The translations under genes were made by a program, and so were the position numbers. A stretch of DNA of 64,000 bases from Octopus vulgaris (Eukaryota): contig OX597833.1 in NCBI GenBank assembly GCA_951406725.2, positions 58,094,001 through 58,158,000 of the forward strand, written 5' to 3'. Below, in pieces: positions 63,327-64,000 of the stretch (positions are counted from its first letter, which is position 1; every line of letters starts with the position of its first letter). The notes under the pieces are model-generated. The model saw nothing but the letters and a program-made list of their open reading frames with translations. It ran no database searches and was not told the DNA's origin.

Positions 63327-64000
63327 CTACAAACATTTACAGCAAAATCTCTTTTATTTCAACATACCTTGTAGTTATGGCTTCATGCAATGGAAATTTT
63401 CAAGAATCAACTGGGAAATACAAGCAAGAAAAGGAACTTAGTTTCTTTACATAAGCTGAAAGATATGTAAATATTTAAATCTTAAATCAATAATTTAACC
63501 TGAATATCTGCTGATATTTCTGTGACAAATTCCAATAACTTCCCTAGATCTGATCCACTTAGTGGCTTAAATACCAGTATGTGGTATTTATAAAGGCACG
63601 AGCTGGCAGAAACGTTGGCACGCCAGGCGAAATGCTTAGCGGTATTTCGTCTGTCGTTACGTTCTGAGTTCAAATTCCGCCGAGGTCGACTTTGCCTTTC
63701 ATCCTTTCGGGGTCGATTAAATAAGTACTAGTTACGCACTGGGGTCGATGTAATCGACTTAATACCTATGTCTGTCCTTGTTTGTCCCCTCTGTGTTTAG
63801 CCCCTTGTGGGTAATAAAGAAATAGGTATTTATTTTCAACTGTTAACTGAAGTCAGACTAACCACATAGTGGTTTGGTTTGGCTGGTCTGATTTTCCCTA
63901 TAGCATCTGGACTGTTACTCCCTGCAGGGGTTTTGGTTTTATTTGGTCAAACTTGTGGTGGTTCAGTTACACTTACCTGGTTAGCCCCACACAGGGTCTG

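Noticed and set aside
63367-63580. Additional minus-strand exons (donors at ~63367 and ~63499)
   Set aside because: The first has stops in all frames and would leave a 40-nt intron; the second has a weak acceptor or an incompatible phase.

Overview
AT-rich, microsatellite- and SINE-dense metazoan genomic DNA. The repeat landscape looks like an octopus/coleoid cephalopod; this is inferred from repeat style, not a database match. Three spliced genes can be reconstructed by eye: the last four coding exons of CFAP91/MAATS1 (+, 555-8928), a complete six-exon Alba-domain RPP25/RPP25L gene (+, 20055-29297, 181 aa), and two probable terminal exons of an unidentified minus-strand gene (63326-60365). 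Most of the rest is mobile or repetitive DNA: a 5'-truncated CR1-group LINE RT, at least five SINE/short-retroposon families, hAT-, piggyBac-, Merlin- and Helitron-like non-autonomous elements, and hammerhead-bearing Penelope-like remnants. Two large tandem arrays (62-bp and 147-bp units) flank a 100-N gap. Highlights: the 147-bp satellite is an amplified fragment of a decayed mariner transposase; ORF1(CCHC)-only retroelements without RT share a 3' tail with a SINE that prefers GGTATT-like targets; there are several type I hammerhead motifs and a 375-bp spacer-less palindrome. Most ORF-track entries are SINE or microsatellite artefacts. Family names come from recalled motifs; no search was run, and repeat boundaries are approximate.
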